Assembly: GCA_977016875.1 (NCBI GenBank)
Contig: CDRNST010000031.1
Span: 3,348,001 to 3,412,000, forward strand
Origin: Pavona decussata
Lineage: Eukaryota
Direction of reading: 5' to 3'
DNA length: 64,000 nucleotides
The notes under the pieces are model-generated. The model was given only the letters and a program-made list of their open reading frames with translations. It did not search any database and was not told the DNA's origin. A program made the translations under genes and the position numbers. Positions 25,452 through 40,219 of this stretch are shown piece after piece (the first letter of the stretch is position 1; each line of letters starts with the position of its first letter).

Positions 25452-25525
25452 TACCCTGCGAGCAGAGGCCCTTCAATCTTCCTAGATAAGTCTAGGAAGA
25501 TCGAAGGGCCTCTGCTCGCAGGGTA
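25452..25525. mobile_element. Miniature fold-back (palindromic) element
   Basis: TACCCTGCGAGCAGAGGCCCTTCAATCTTCCTAGA-taag-TCTAGGAAGATCGAAGGGCCTCTGCTCGCAGGGTA; one mismatch; TA at both ends. Confidence 0.85.
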
Positions 25526-26182
25526 AGAGTATAGTCAACTCTCTCAAAGCTTTCGAAAACCGTTGTAAGGTGTACACCCAAAAGAAGGAAAGCTCGACCG
25601 CCTTAAAAGTTAACTGTATTAGACTGTCACATTTCGACTTCTTAGCGGTACGGCTTCGACTAGACTGCGAGTAATCCCTTCTTTTTCTGAGCATACACTG
25701 TAGTTGAGCGAGCGAAACACACGAGCGCTCGCGAAAATTGTCTCCCGCGTGGAGTTTTCGCGCGCGGTTGCGTGTTACGTTGTTCTAACACTGACTTACT
25801 GTGGTAGGACAACACAGAAAGCGAGATGAACTTGACGATAATGGTTTCGGATTATAGCCACTTTCATAATGAATGACAGAAGACTTATTACAAATCATGG
25901 TATATAACTGTCGAAGTTGTAATGAACTGAAATATCTTCTCAAAACGTTTTGAAAAAAGAATCTTATGGCATGTTACAGTAACCCTACTCTCATAAGAAT
26001 GCAAAAACCTTTAATCTCCGGAGAGGACATTCCAAAAACAGGCCGTCTTAGACGTTTTAAGAAGCGTCGTATTTCATCATAGAATACTGATTTCTAAACT
26101 CAGAAACTTCTTGCCCTATTTAAATAGAGAAGAACAAAAAAACAGCAGAGCAGATTCGTGGAAAGGTTTCATGCATTAGGGT

Positions 26183-26411
26183 TTTTACAATAACTGTCCA
26201 AATTCCCGCGCGCTGATTGGCTCGTAGCTATTGTCTATAAGAGTACAGACAATAAAAATGACGTCAGATGTAACGCGCGCGCTTTCTCAACGAAAAAAAT
26301 AGCCAATTCCGCTCGTACTTTTTCCATGTTATTGTAAAAAACAAATCGACGACAGTTTTCTATGGTCTATACTCTTATAGACCATAGAAAACTGCCGTCG
26401 ATTTGTTAAAT
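26183..26411. mobile_element. Small non-autonomous element with CTGATTGG box and 32-bp subterminal hairpin
   Basis: Stem 26340-26371 / 26376-26407 (1 mismatch), loop CTCT. Confidence 0.6.
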
Positions 26412-26531
26412 AACAGTTATCTGGGAGCAAATGCTGCTTTAATCGTGACAATGTGAAATAGTACATCATTACTAAAGAGAATATTGATCTCTCTTTTTTT
26501 ATTATTTTTTTGCTGTATGGTCAAATCTTAA

Positions 26532-26925
26532 AGGGGCTCTGTCACGGAGATTTTGCTGTATGTTAGTCAAAACTTGTTCAGATATTTGATTAAAAACCTT
26601 TTTCCTGCCATGAAATTGCTATTAGAGCACCGTGAGGAAACTATGAAGTGATTTCTCCGAGGAAAAATAAACTTTTAATCAATTTATAGCAATTTTTCCT
26701 TAATACACGTGAAGAACTTGGAAAAATTGGCCAATTTTTTTCAAGTTGTAATCCATTTCCATCTAACCGCCATCCTTAGCCAGAGATGAATGATACCAGT
26801 TTCTCCGCACTAGTGGTGTTATTTTTAACAAAACTGAACCATAAGATTATTTTAACGTTTACATCCACACAAATTTATTTTTTGGCTATTCAAAGTGACA
26901 CTAAAAAATAGGTGACACTGCCCCT
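26532..26925 (+). mobile_element. TTAA-flanked Kolobok-like element, copy 4 (most complete)
   Basis: TTAA|AGGGGCTCTGTCAC...GTGACACTGCCCCT|TTAA; short imperfect TIRs. Confidence 0.75.
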
Positions 26926-29900
26926 TTAAAGGCTGAATATACATTTTGGGTTCTTTTTGTCGTGTTTGTTTAATCAGAGTGCTAACATTTCCCCGAATAC
27001 TGATATAAGCTTTACAGGCCTTGTTTGAACTGCTATAATAATCGCGATTTAGTTAATGATTTAGTCAAGTATTAACCATAGGTTTACTGACACAGCGGCG
27101 TTTTTTATTTCTTAGCAAATTGTCGTCCAATATTGCATCTATTTACATGATAAAATCCATTAGGAAAGTTTACCTTTCCAAGGACAGCTGTGCAAATATC
27201 GAATGCTCAGTCAGTATACTTTATGAGCCTCTCTAAAAGCTCTTTTATAACCGCGAAAATCTCTTTAACTCTGCAGTTTCTGTAATCCTTATTCCACGTA
27301 TAATGGCGTCAGGACAAGCGTAGACACTCTAATTCTCATGTGTGCAAGTTGGATGTCTACTTCCTCCTCAAAGCTCAGTGAATTAGCTCAACGCATATAG
27401 TAGCGTGTTACGCAATACTCTCAGATGTCAATGGGTTTGAAATGCTCTTTAGAATTTCCGTTTGTACCGGACTCAGTGCTTTATTACCCCTGCTCTCTGG
27501 AGAGTGAATAGTTCAAAACGTACTAAAGAAAATCCATTTTTCCCGTTTTTATGCGGAATAATGTAAAATAAACAGCCCATTTGAAAGTACTGCTCAATAG
27601 CTTTCATTCAAATGAGACACCAAGTTTCCATCCGAAGACTACAAAAAGTTAAAATGACATACAGTATATAACTGGCACGTTTCAGCTTTTGGATGTGGGA
27701 GTGAGTTACGGGTGAAACCGCAGCCTTTACAATTTCAAAAGACAATTTCAGTCATACTCTTTCACCTGCCATTCACGGTGAACTGATTACCATACTCACC
27801 AAATTGAAAACTTATTTTCGCGCGCGTTAATTTCATGCGTAAGCTGATATTGCAAAAAGTAAATTTAGTGCAGGTGAATGGCTTGTAAAGCGTTTCTACC
27901 GATATCGCAAGACGCCATGGATTCAAATCACGACGGAGGGTCAGATTTTTCTCACAGCCTCACAAGAAATGTTTTTGCCAAAATAATGAAACAAATAGTG
28001 GCGTTGTTGAACTTCTTAATATCTCGATGATTCCCAGTGAAGCCCCTGAAAAGTTAAGCACATCAGTTTTGTCATTCTGATATCGCCTCACTTTGGTCAG
28101 CCCATATCAAGACAGTCTTTCGAGAAAAAGATTTTCCCAAGAAAGATATAATTATGGAATCATTGCGCAAGATTTCAAGGTATATTTAGTCATTGCTCTT
28201 TTCAACTAAATTTCAAGTTATATAAATATTAATGATTGCTCTTCGAGCGACTTTTCAAAGACAGTTCCTTTGATTGCTTTATTTTTCTTTGTATGATCCA
28301 TCGTTCACCTTTGTTCCTAACTGAGGAGTTCGTTTGTTCAGTTGGCGCACAACACCAACTCATGCGTTTGAAATGTGACAAATGTTTGACATCGAGCGGT
28401 TTGACTCGACAGGTAATTTTAATCAAATATAGTGCAGAGAGCTAAAGGGCATACTTCCTGGTATTTCGAAATATTTGGCTTTTTTTTTTTTGTCTTTTAA
28501 GATTTGCTTTCGTCTTATTTGTGTTTAAAACTTAAAGTTTTAAGTTTTCTAGTTTGGTTAACAAACGTTCTTCACATTTTCTTGTTTTGTTTTGGTTTTC
28601 ATTAGGCAATATAAATGCGTATTTGATGACACTAGTGTAAGACTTACGCAGCATAAAATTTTAATTCTCAATATTATATTTGGATTTATATTTGAGTTTG
28701 TCTATCATTTTTGTTTACAAGCTCTAAATATCGACCTCCGTGATTGTACATAAATTAAAAAATAGACCAACTCAGTTTTTCCAAACTTTGCTTGTCATGG
28801 AGTTTGAACAAATATCCACCGGTTTAGTGCTGTAGAGTGCGCCTTTAAACGTGAGTATTAAGAAGGAGACATTTGTGTAAGGTTAATTTTAAACTTAGTT
28901 CGATCTGCTCGAACTCTCTAGCTAAATAATATAAGTCGCAGAAAGTTTAGGAAGACGGAATATCATGTACTGAATTTCTGAGCTGCGTTTGGCTTTACCA
29001 TGGTCTTAGCCACGGTTATGTCGCACTCATTACATTATATTTGTTCCACTGAATACAAAAGGGAGTTAATTTTTCCTTGTGACGAAAGTTTCATTGTGAT
29101 ATTTAACCAAAGGAAACTCTGGTTTTTCGTCGCCATTATATCCTACCGAAAAAAACCGTTGGGTGGCCTTGGTCAAGGGGCGATGATATAGAAGCCAATG
29201 ACTAATCGAAATTTCTACGTTCGTTATATGGCGTCAGCATTTTCGTGTTGACCTTGTAGCATGGTGTCCAGTTAGTTTTCGGTTTAGAGCAAAAGAACAC
29301 GAGCTTAAATGTTTGGAGACAAGGCAATAAACACAGCATTGACTAAAAGGATGCAAGGGCACCCAAAACTATTCAACTTGAGCGTTTCATCTACGTTACA
29401 GCTACAGAGAGATCATGATATAGGTACCTACTGAATAAGATGTTTGGATTGCGGTAGGCACGGGAAACCTCGATACAATATCCTTTGTTTGATGATTCCT
29501 GTGGTCTCGTCACATGTCTGCTGACTGTACGTACATTCATTCAAAATCTTGATTGATTTTATGAGAGGTTTTTAACTGTTGGTTATTGACTCTTAAACGT
29601 TGTGGTTTAGTATTAGTACCTTGGTCGCAAAAAGAATCGGAAACATTGTCACTCATGTGTGTTTCCCGCACTCAGTTAACAGTTGTTAAGAAAAGAAAAT
29701 TATTCTAAAAATATGTAATAATGTCCCGATTGTACACAAGACGGGAAAAGAAATCAGTCATTTTATGGAGCAAGCTGATAAATGACTCATTAGTGTTTCC
29801 TGGATCATTTTGTCGTCAACTTTGCGGGAGCGTAAGGCACTCTTTTTCAGTTTCTGTCTTATTTGGTGATTTAATGACCGATCTGAGCACTTCAAATGGA

Positions 29901-30403
29901 TTTGTATTTGAGAAATGTCTGCTATATCTATAAACAACTTAGGGATTCCAAGAATTTTCATTCTAGCAGAATTGATTCCTCTTAACTTTTCGCCAAAGTC
30001 GACACTTGAATCATGTCAGTAGCACCTGTTAGTATTTAGTCTGTTTATAAATTCCTTGAGCCGCTGATTCATTTGAGTAATATACTCACTTTCCCGTAGT
30101 ACTATTTGGCTAAAAGGGGGTGCTGACTGTTTCACCTGTTGCCAGGGCCATGAAGTATGACCATTGTTGAGCACTGCTTTGCTGCGGAGCATATTATGAT
30201 ACTGTCCAGGATGGTTCAGTGGAACTGTATTTTAACTCTGGTACCTGTGACCTTAATACTAAAGCTACCGACCATCAGCATCCTTCAACTGAGGTCTCGG
30301 CACAGGCGTTAGTGAACCTTGTCTCCTGACGGCCGCCCAACAAAATACTATCTATGATTTCCTCAATCCGGTTCAATCCTGCAGAGTTTTTACTCTTCCG
30401 TTC

Positions 30404-30555
30404 NNNNNNNNNNNNNNNNNNNNNNNNNNNNNNNNNNNNNNNNNNNNNNNNNNNNNNNNNNNNNNNNNNNNNNNNNNNNNNNNNNNNNNNNNNNNNNNNN
30501 NNNNNNNNNNNNNNNNNNNNNNNNNNNNNNNNNNNNNNNNNNNNNNNNNNNNNNN
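30404..30555. other. Assembly gap
   Basis: Run of N. Confidence 1.
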
Positions 30556-33500
30556 CGTTTTTCGTTTTATTTTCCTTGAAACAGGTTAATGAGATGGTCT
30601 AAATTTTTTGTCGGTGACTGATGAATCGCAATGCGTCACGCTCAGCTGCAGATAAAAATTGCGAGCAGTGTTTTTTTGTGATGTTTTTTTACTATTATTA
30701 TTTAGTTATTTATGTTATCTTTCCAATTCTCCATATGAAATTCAAAAATTTGCACAGGTCGAGGGCATCCCAACGAAAATTTTTAAGAAAATACTTCCAA
30801 TGTCGTTGTGTGATTTCCAAGGTCGTTTTCGTGCCGTTTGTGCGCCAACGCAGTCTGATCTGCTTGGATGCCATAGCTGAATTTTCAAGATGACGAAAAT
30901 TCCCATCCCTTGAATTCACGAGATGATGTTGGCTATGCAAAAATCCTAGCTGAGCTTATTTTTCTCTATGTAACGACATTTTTCGTCCCTGCACTGCAAA
31001 ACAGAAGGAGTTAATCTTGTTATGTTAATGAAGTTTCAGTTGGCAAAACACCAAAGAACACTTTTAGTTTTTACTTACAATTCAATCCAAATTTCTAAGG
31101 CGATTTAGGCCTTCTGCTTCAAAACAGATCTTCACCGAAATAAACCGCTGGGTACCCCTGACAAATGCTTTCTTTAACTTCCTTAGTGAGCAGTTGAAAT
31201 GTAGAAAATATCTCGTTTTAAAAATAGCGTCACTTAGGCCTTTTGAAACACTTTTGCGGTGAAGCCTGTATCAGTCCTGAGTTGTGCAATTTCCTTTTAT
31301 GATACGGTGTGTGCGTTTTGAATAATTCGAACTCGAACCCACGCTATCCACATTACTACAATAGGTATAGAGCAGTCTAGAATATCTATTACAGGATCTT
31401 AGAGACCGTTTGTTAAACACCCTTCTTCAATTTGATTTGCGAATTTTCACGTTGTTGGTGTAGAAAATGGGTTTAGTTTTTTTTTTTACTTTTTCTAATT
31501 AATTCTAACTACAAACACGAGGAAAAATAAATTGACCAAAAAAGAATTGATATTTTTACCACCTGATAAAATCTAGAAATGCATTGCAATACTAAATGAA
31601 GATAAGACTTTCGAGCTGTCATACCTTAGATTATAGAGCCAGAAAATGTTTCGTTTGCAAGTATCACAGACAAATGACTACCTACTTATTGATCAACACA
31701 CACAATCTCTGGAAACACTGATTCAGATAACCCCACATAAAAACCACTAATTAATATAATATTACCGCAACAAACAATACTTACAAGCCTATAGGCATAT
31801 TATACGTTTCAGCGCCTCGAATTTAAAGATATTCTTATTCCGACCCTCACTTCCCACTTCCCGTTGGAGGACATGACGTATCCCCGGAAAGCTTGATTAC
31901 AAGATAGTTGTTATAGCCGTAGACTGCAAAATAAATTATGTTGCCTCGCAGCGGAAAAGTGAGCGGAGAGTGCCAGTAAGACGTGTCCCGCCCTACCGGT
32001 CGGGGATCAGGTCCCTTCCGGGTCTATTTCCGGGTCTTTTTTGGGAGACTGCTTATCGTGCTGTGAAGAAAGCAAAACTCGGTCTTACGATGCAGTTTTT
32101 AACTTGTAACTGGTTTCAATGTGGTTCATAAGTCATTCCAAAGAAAAAGCGGAATTTTTTGTGACAGAGTTTGAGATATCGTAAGAGTTGTGCTAATTAG
32201 CGGACATTGTAAAAGAATTACAAAAATTACGTATTAAAATTTTCAGTGCGTACTGAATATTCACTGGTGCATGACAGTTACCTTCAGTATGAAAGGAACG
32301 TCACAGGAATTTTGGTGGTGTATTGTCAAAATTGTTCAAAGTGTCAATAAGTGCCCTTGCCTTTAGCAAAATGTTCATATCATGCCATATGGAAGATTTC
32401 TCGTGAATTCTTGAACAAAGAACAGGGCATGACACGACGGCAGAACTTCATTGACCACCAACAGCGAAACACACTTGTGTACTGAGTTTCAGTGCACTTT
32501 TATACTAACTTTTGACAAGACTATCTAGAGTATTAGGTTTCAATTAGCATTTTCAAAGTGTTACTAAAAATAGCTGGCAACAGTGCGTTTTAATGGGGCC
32601 TTATTTCACGAGTCAAAGGTGGTATTTCTCAGAGAGGTCGTTGCTTTTGTGGTCGGAACTACGCTAAAATCGCTTTTTGCCCCGCATGTAGAAAATGTTC
32701 CTGAAACATAAAAAATGTGTCAAGTTATCGAACTATCGATGAATGAACAATATGCACAAGGTTTTTTCAACGTGTTGCTAAATAATCGACCATTGTCACG
32801 GTAATTTTTAACTTTGATGTAGGTCAGGAAATGAGCACCCAATGACATTTTTGGAAAGGACATCTTAAAATTAATAGATTGACCAAGTTTGAGAGTCGTG
32901 TCTTTTAAAATAGCAAAGATGCAGTTTCTTAAATTCAGGAAATCTTACAGACGTTTGTATGTCTGCATACAAAGGTCTGTCAAATTCTCAGACTATGGAA
33001 CTGCATCTTCGCTACTTTAAAGGAAAACACTCAAACGTGGCCATTAAATTCGAAATTTAAACGGTTTCTTTCCAGCAATGTTAATGGATCTCTGTTACCG
33101 CTGAACTACATCAAAATATAAAATTACTGTAATAACGGAGAATGGAAAATAAGTGCTAGGAGTAGCCTGATAGATTGGCACAACATACACATTAGGTCAG
33201 TGATTGGCCTTACGACTGTTGGCAAGCAAATGTACCTCGCTGGAGGGACAGCCTTTTCTCAACCGACGTTTCTGCTTAGACGTTGGTCTCTCCGAGCCCC
33301 CTAGCTCCCCGCACGCCATGTCGCGATAGACAGGCGAAGAATTCAGACCCATTAGGGTCGGCTGGCCAAGGTTTGGTTCTTCGCTGAGAAGCAGACTAAC
33401 ACCCCAAAAATCTAGTGTCAATCAGTTGTTATAACTGTTTCGTTTGTTAAGAAAACATCTTTCACTGCTAAATTCCCGATGAAGGGAGAAAACGTTTTGC

Positions 33501-33732
33501 GGAAATGTTCATTTAAAAGTTTAGTCCTGGATTCAAAGTCGATGCTTTTTTCTACCTTGAAGTAAGTAAATCATTGACGCCAATCGGACATCAAAAGTAA
33601 ATCAAGGTTTCTTTCTCCCTTGCTTTGACGGGTTACCATTATATTGCTAATAAGTTGTACTGTACAGTTTAGAAGTAGGAATGGCAAACTTTTAACTAAA
33701 AGAATTTTAGGCTTCCGGATCAGTATTACAAT

Positions 33733-34080
33733 TGTGGAGGCGAGGTGATGTAGTCGTTAGCGTGTCGAACTTTCCTACGCCCAAGATCGGAGGTCGATGG
33801 ACCGTCGATAGTTCGATGATGGGTTCGGCTCGGCTCTGCACGATCGTGTTGTTTCCTTCGAGAAGAAACTTTACTCTACAGTATGTTTCTTCACCCAGTT
33901 GTATAAATAAGTACCAGCGACATACTTCTGGGGGTAACCCTGCGATGGACTCGCATCCCATCCATGCAGGGGAGGGGGAGTAGCAATACTCCACGTTACT
34001 TCATGTTACGGAAATCGGGTTACGTTCTAGCCTTGTGGGCCTCTTAGGTTTGTAGTGCGTGTTTACTGTATTTTTACCTA
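33733..34080 (+). mobile_element. tRNA-derived SINE with CORE-like and V-like central segments, degenerate
   Basis: Degenerate tRNA-like head; tgtttccttcgagaagaaactttactc...cacccagttgtataaataagtacc; ccctgcgatggactcgcatcccatcc; ttta-rich tail. Confidence 0.65.
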
Positions 34081-34442
34081 TCGTTCAGAATATCGTTGAC
34101 AAAACTGTAAGGTCATGCGCTACTCGTGGCTCAATTTCGTTTTATAAACATCAAAACCTTGTTTTAATGGGAAGGTGATAACGCTGTTCCTTGGATTAAA
34201 AGATTGGCAATGTTTTTTCTTTACGTAATCCTGTTTTCAACAACTTTCTCATCTAGGGTACATTTTGAACGCAAGTGAAGCACTTCTTAGCGTTGTACTG
34301 CCTTCCCGTCGTATTTTGATACTTTTTTTTTTGGCACTCATTGTTTAATATAGAAGTTTGTATCAAGAGGATCGGTTAACACCTTCAAATTTGTGCTGTA
34401 GTTTAACATACCATCTATGAAAGTGTCTGTGACACACAACTT

Positions 34443-34473
<31 letters not shown>

Positions 34474-37400
34474 GGTATTTACGAATCGTTATACAACATT
34501 ACATAAACATGAATGTACAGTGTGCACGGCACCTGCAGTATTTAAGATCGTGCGGTTAAGGTCCAATTCGCGATGGAGTAAAATAAGACATGTTACACAT
34601 GTACAATATTTATAATTATACAATGGCCTTTTTGTACTTTTATTGGAAGTGGCTTATATATTTTAAACGTATAGCAAAAGTAAGTTTCACATAGGATTTA
34701 AACAAAGGAGGCAAGCTATGGTTATTTTATTTATTTAAAGAAAGGAAAAAACTATCAATTTGACATTTTGTTTGCAGTTTGTCTCCAAAAGCGACCACGG
34801 TGTCCTTCAGGAATGCATTGTCGTTGAGCTTTCTGCTTAGTGAGGCCTTTGTCTTAATGATAATTCTGCTCAGCAGTAATGAAAGTGCATCTCTTTGTTT
34901 TCTAGTCGTTAAATGATCAATACTTTGGGCTCTCTGGTAATTAGTGTGATGGTGTGTCACAAAACGTTCATTTAAAAAAGAGCAAACTTCTGATTCTGTT
35001 GATCGACGCAGCAGAACTTACTGAAAAAAAAAAACAAATACACAAAATGGTAATGATCCTAACTTTGAAAAAAAGTTTGTATGCAGCTGCTCAAAATGTC
35101 AAAGTACTGTTTAAAAATAAGATTAAATCCTTTTATTTCTGAGTTTTATGCATTTATTCGTAAACGGAGGTGTCTGCCAAATATTCATTGGATGCTGTTC
35201 ACGCCTGTTCGCTTTGTTATTTTACGGATCATAACAATACACTCCAAATTAAACTAGAAAAAGTACATTTTAATGAGGGAGATCAAGGTAGAACAAATTG
35301 TCCCAGCTGAGAAATACGAAGATTCACCTTTCGTTTCTTGGTAAGCTGACACTCTCTTTTGGCGATCTATAATTAGTTAGCTTTAACCGTTTGCACGCTA
35401 GGCCAAACAATGTGCTCAAAGCGTAGGTGTCATTTCTCAGTGACGTTTTGTCTGGCTTCTCCTACGTGACTCACAAAGCGAGCGATATTTATATAACTTC
35501 CCCCAAAAGCTCCTTTGTCTACAGATTTTGTGCATGTATGATATATGATGACGAGGCTGATTTTGGTTACTTAATCGGCATTTGTCTAATTTGAAGTTAG
35601 GACTTCCGTCTCATTCCCCTTCGAAATTATTATACTAAAGGCCTATAGGAGACAAGCAGCTACTCTGACGATCAAAGTGCTATCGAACACGCCCCATCCT
35701 GCTTGCTACTAGGATCTTTTTTATGGCACCGGTAATTAAAAAAAATGCACTTGTGAGAAATGGACAGTCTTTCTACCAGATGAGATTCTCAACAGACCTT
35801 TAACAGGTTAAATTGGAACCAAATTTACGTTACAGATCACGAGACTTTGAAATTCTAACCATAAGGTTAATTTTTAGTTTTCTTGATTTAGAATCTGCTA
35901 CGATTTATATCTGCCGCTACAAACTGAGCCTCGAGGGTCCCACTTAAATTAAAACTCCCACTCAAGTAGCTTTGCTAAATTAGGAAGGCGCTATTACCCA
36001 ATCCATTGGTACCTATGTGAAAAACTGAAAATTACATTAAAATAAAACCACAATTTTTGGTTAATCGTTTATGTTGTGGTTGGATTTTTTTGCAAAGGCA
36101 ATTTCTAGAGTTAAAGTTCTTATTACATATACCTGTAGACGCGTATCGGTAATTGCTTTACTCACTACGATACCAGTCGTATGCCCCTTTGAAAGTATCA
36201 ACGACAGTGGATTTTAAGTGCGGAAATTCCGTTCAATGTTCATTGTTACCCTAACTGCCGGGTGCGTGAGAAATAACATCGGATGACGGCATTTAAACGG
36301 CCCACATGAGAGAGTATTACTTCGATTCTCTACTATTTTAGGACAGTGTATATGATTTTAAGTTCTTTACAAATACAATGTGATAAGGTGCATAAAACAA
36401 TGCAAGGCCAACATCTTCGATGACGCAGTCATGTGCACATCGACCAAGTGTTACGCAATACAGGCTACTACGCAGTTGAGCAACTTCACTCACGCTCTAA
36501 AACGAAATTAACTTTTTCGACCTGACTTGTTCAAGGTGCTCCAAACGCATCATAAAACCCAAGTATTTTCCTTTGACGGTTCAAGAGTTTTCACAAATGC
36601 GTTTCTACAGGTTTCATTTTAAAATTTCAGTCTTAATGGATTTTGAATCTCTTAGGCAACCGAGCTAGAGTCACTTTTAACAACAATTTACACAACGTTG
36701 TCAAGAATCTATTATTACTATTTAATTACACCTACTGATTATTCCGTTGCTTGGAAAAATAATAATAATAAGAGAATTTGTTTTTTTGTTTTTTGACCAA
36801 GAAGGTGACAATATCTTTTTGGGAAATTAAGATGCAACTAAGATCAACAGTGTAAACATTGATAGCTGTGCGTTTGCTTTGTACTATGTTCAAGCACAAA
36901 GCTTGTCATTTGCTTTATTTTACTGTATATGCCTACAGGCATGTATCATTTACTTGTCCTAATTGATTTCATTTTAAGTTATGGTTTGTATTCTGTAGCG
37001 GTTCTTCTGAACATAAAACCATTCTTTTCCTAGAGTGCCGAAAATAAAATTAAAGAAATGAAAAAAAAATCGTTTTTATAAAATTGTATTATTGGAAATT
37101 ACCGCAAGATTTTACTTTGTACCGACCCAAAAGCTAGAATCATTTCACTAATTCAAGGTTTCACTCTGTAGAGATTCAATAATCGGACGACTGCGTTCGT
37201 TTGTCTTTTTCAACAGGCCGGTTTGTTTAATTTCTTTTGATTCTTAAGACTAAAAAAATCACTACCGTAAAGTTTTTAATAATTTTACACTCAAGAGCGT
37301 TAGAAACTACTTATATTTTATCTTATTTATATCTTTGTTTGATGAGTTATCGGTGCTCTTTGTAGGCTTATCGAATACAATAAACTGCAGATATAATCGA

Positions 37401-38959
37401 TGCATTTATATTTGTAGAGAACAAGTTTGAAATTTCAACATCCAGAGTTATCAGGGCAACTCTGAGTCATCAGCATTTTTATAATTATATTTATTTCAAA
37501 TCTTTCTATAAATATCCCAAAGCACGTCTAGTGCAAACGTTAATCGATGAAAATTAAAAAACCGTGATATTTGCTAGTTTTGTTTCACTGGGAGATGTGT
37601 ATTCGAGATATGGGTATATTAGAAATAATCTATTCTATAGATTCATAGTAAAGCAAATACTGGGGTGCTTTTAACAATGTTATCTAAGATGGTATTCATC
37701 CCGGGGGTCTTCTGGTGCCTAATGTGGTTTTGAAGAGACACAAGTCTTTGTTCTCTTATAAAATATGTTCCCAACTTTCTGTTCTGTGGATATAAACTGA
37801 ATGACACTTACAAAGCATTTTTTTTTTTTTTTTACTGCTTTTTATCGTACATGATGTACAAGTATCTTATCGCTTTGAACTAGTATTTGAATGAAATACT
37901 GAGGGTGTACATTCAAGTGAAAAATTCTTCTCGCTTGTTGGATATACTCCCAAATCGGTGCTACGCGCCGCGTTGGCTTTGTGTCATCTCATATCCAGCG
38001 GGAGCTGAACTGCACTTTCCTTTTTTTTTTTTTTTTTTTTTTTTGGAAAACGATTTTATGTCTCGCTTTTGAACTTGACCTTTGTTAGAAGTGAAGAGTT
38101 AAGACCACACATCGAGATGTAACGGCATCCAATTGAAAGCAAGAACAGACCAAACACAACTGAGGGGGTAACGTCATCATCGTCATCATAAACTTTCCCT
38201 ACCCTCGAATTTTATGTATTAGCACGCATGTCTGAGTGAATCACGTGCCGGTGAATAACTATGACATAACGGACTTCAATGGGTTTGCAAACGTGACACG
38301 GGGAAGTACCGATGAATACACACTGTAGCCTTAACAGGAGGAACTGTCTTTCGACCGGAACGGAAATCTTAACCACCGCTTAAACAATTAAAAACAACAA
38401 CACAAAATTTACACGAAAGACTTTGTGATACTGTACAAAAATTCAGACAAATGCGAAAACATAAAATCAAAACTCAGTCAACCAGACTAGAAGTACGTTG
38501 TAAACACGTCGTTTAGTTGTTTATTAGCGTATTGCGGTTGGAATCGTTGTTGCTCGCTGATTACCGTTGAACGAAAAGGAAAATGACAGCTGAAAAGTGG
38601 ACGGAAACAGATGGCGTTCAAAAGTACTTAAATAACTGTTTTCCATCTTATACCTTTGCTTTAATATGTTAATTTCGGTTTAAAGATGTTAATGTTAAAA
38701 TTTTCTCCCAACTTTTGTCTCAAACAGCCTGTCAGTTGTTAACCTAATTGAATGCATAGTCAGTTATTTTTTTTTATTTTTTTTTTATTTATTAGTTTTT
38801 TTTTAATTCTTGCAACAAAAGTATTTCTCATGTTTTTTAACATATTTTAGTCTACTCTGCTCCGCAACGGGTGTACCGTTTTACTGAAATTTTAAGTTTT
38901 CAATCGCAGTAGACACAAGGTTGATAATGAATTTTGATTATGCTATCAGCAAGAGAAGC

Positions 38960-39277
38960 ATTGTTAAATAAATAGCGTCACCGGAAAGCACTGCTGAAGA
39001 GCTTTATGTAAAGAGTTACAATTTGAGGTTTCCGACAACCACACACTCAAAAGTTAGAGCCACCTTGTACAGCGTAATAAACAGCACCACAGGAAAGTGC
39101 TGCTCACTAGCTTCCATTTGAATGGTCACACTTTAGGATTTCATCCACAGACTTAAAAGTTAGAGCCACCTTGTACAGCATAATAAACAGCACAAAAAAG
39201 GAAAGTACTGCTCACTAGCTTCCACTTGAATTGTCACACTTTGGGATATCAATCACAGACGCAAAGTTAGAGCCACA
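38960..39277. repeat. Three-copy ~106-bp tandem repeat; related single unit at ~27560-27670
   Basis: aagttagagccac recurs at ~39051, 39157 and 39264; ggaaagt.ctgctca.tagc in each unit. Confidence 0.85.
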
Positions 39278-39816
39278 TTAAATGGCTCCATGCTTTACTC
39301 TGCGGAAGCCACAAGGTTACATTTGCCGAAAAAAATAAAGCCCTCGGTATTCAACGTTTGACGGAAGAGGCTGATATACGCGAACTGTGGATAAGGGGGA
39401 GGAGATTCTTTGTGCATCTGTTTCCTTTGCGGTGCATGGCTTTCAACGGCGACCAAAAAGGCGCAAATTATTTTCAATTTTGGAATTTCTATTTATTTGA
39501 CTCAATTAAAATTTTATTAGAACTAGTTGGTTTATGTCTATATTTGTTGAAATTTCATTTCGTTTAGGTTGTCGAAACTGTCAATGTATTTTTAATACAC
39601 GGTTAGTGTATTTAAAAAAAACATTGATTTTATGCCTGTGTTGTAACAGGTGCCCCAAAATGGATCTTCTGTGTAAGTTGCCTTGGCTTTTTTGTTATGT
39701 CTTCCAATTTAAATATTCAACCAGTCAAGGTTTCTCAGGGTATTTTCTTTTTGTCCGTAGGTGAGAAAAAGGTACACCAGTTAATAAAACGAGATATTAC
39801 CGTAGATAGAAGGGTA

Positions 39817-40053
39817 TGTTATAAACACGAAGTAGTCGTAATCGTTTTCGTATAAATTCTGATTTATTCCACTTTGATATCGTACAGAAAAGACCTTTCG
39901 AGTTAAATCACACGCCCCTAAATAAACCCACTAAATTTGATATCCTACAAAAACCAGTAAATCAAGTTGTTGTCATGTGCTCTCTTTGTCCAAACAAAAC
40001 GAAAAGCGTGACGACTTTGATTACATAACAAATACGCGTGGCTGTTTATGACA
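39817..40053 (-). repeat. 3' LTR of the BEL/Pao element
   Basis: TGTTATAAACA...TGTTTATGACA; matches 45881-46117. Adjacent ctccccctag reads as the polypurine tract on the minus strand. Confidence 0.95.
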
Positions 40054-40219
40054 CTCCCCCTAGTTGATCACCTTAGTGTGAGTCAACTATATTCGCTTTG
40101 AAAAATAAACTAAGACTATATGTGTTATCGCAAAGTTCGTTGTTTCTAAATGTTCGCGTTATTTACAAGTGTGAGGAAATAAATCTAAATACGGCAACGT
40201 TTAAGGTTCTCAGTTCAGT

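Noticed and set aside
7300-39800. Additional protein-coding genes or a fourth Myc among the many short ORFs
   Set aside because: No recognisable domains apart from TE remnants, and no HNxLER or TPPxSP motif seen; small exons cannot be fully excluded.
40054-40219. env-like third ORF in the retrotransposon
   Set aside because: Only about 165 bp lies between the pol stop and the 3' LTR.
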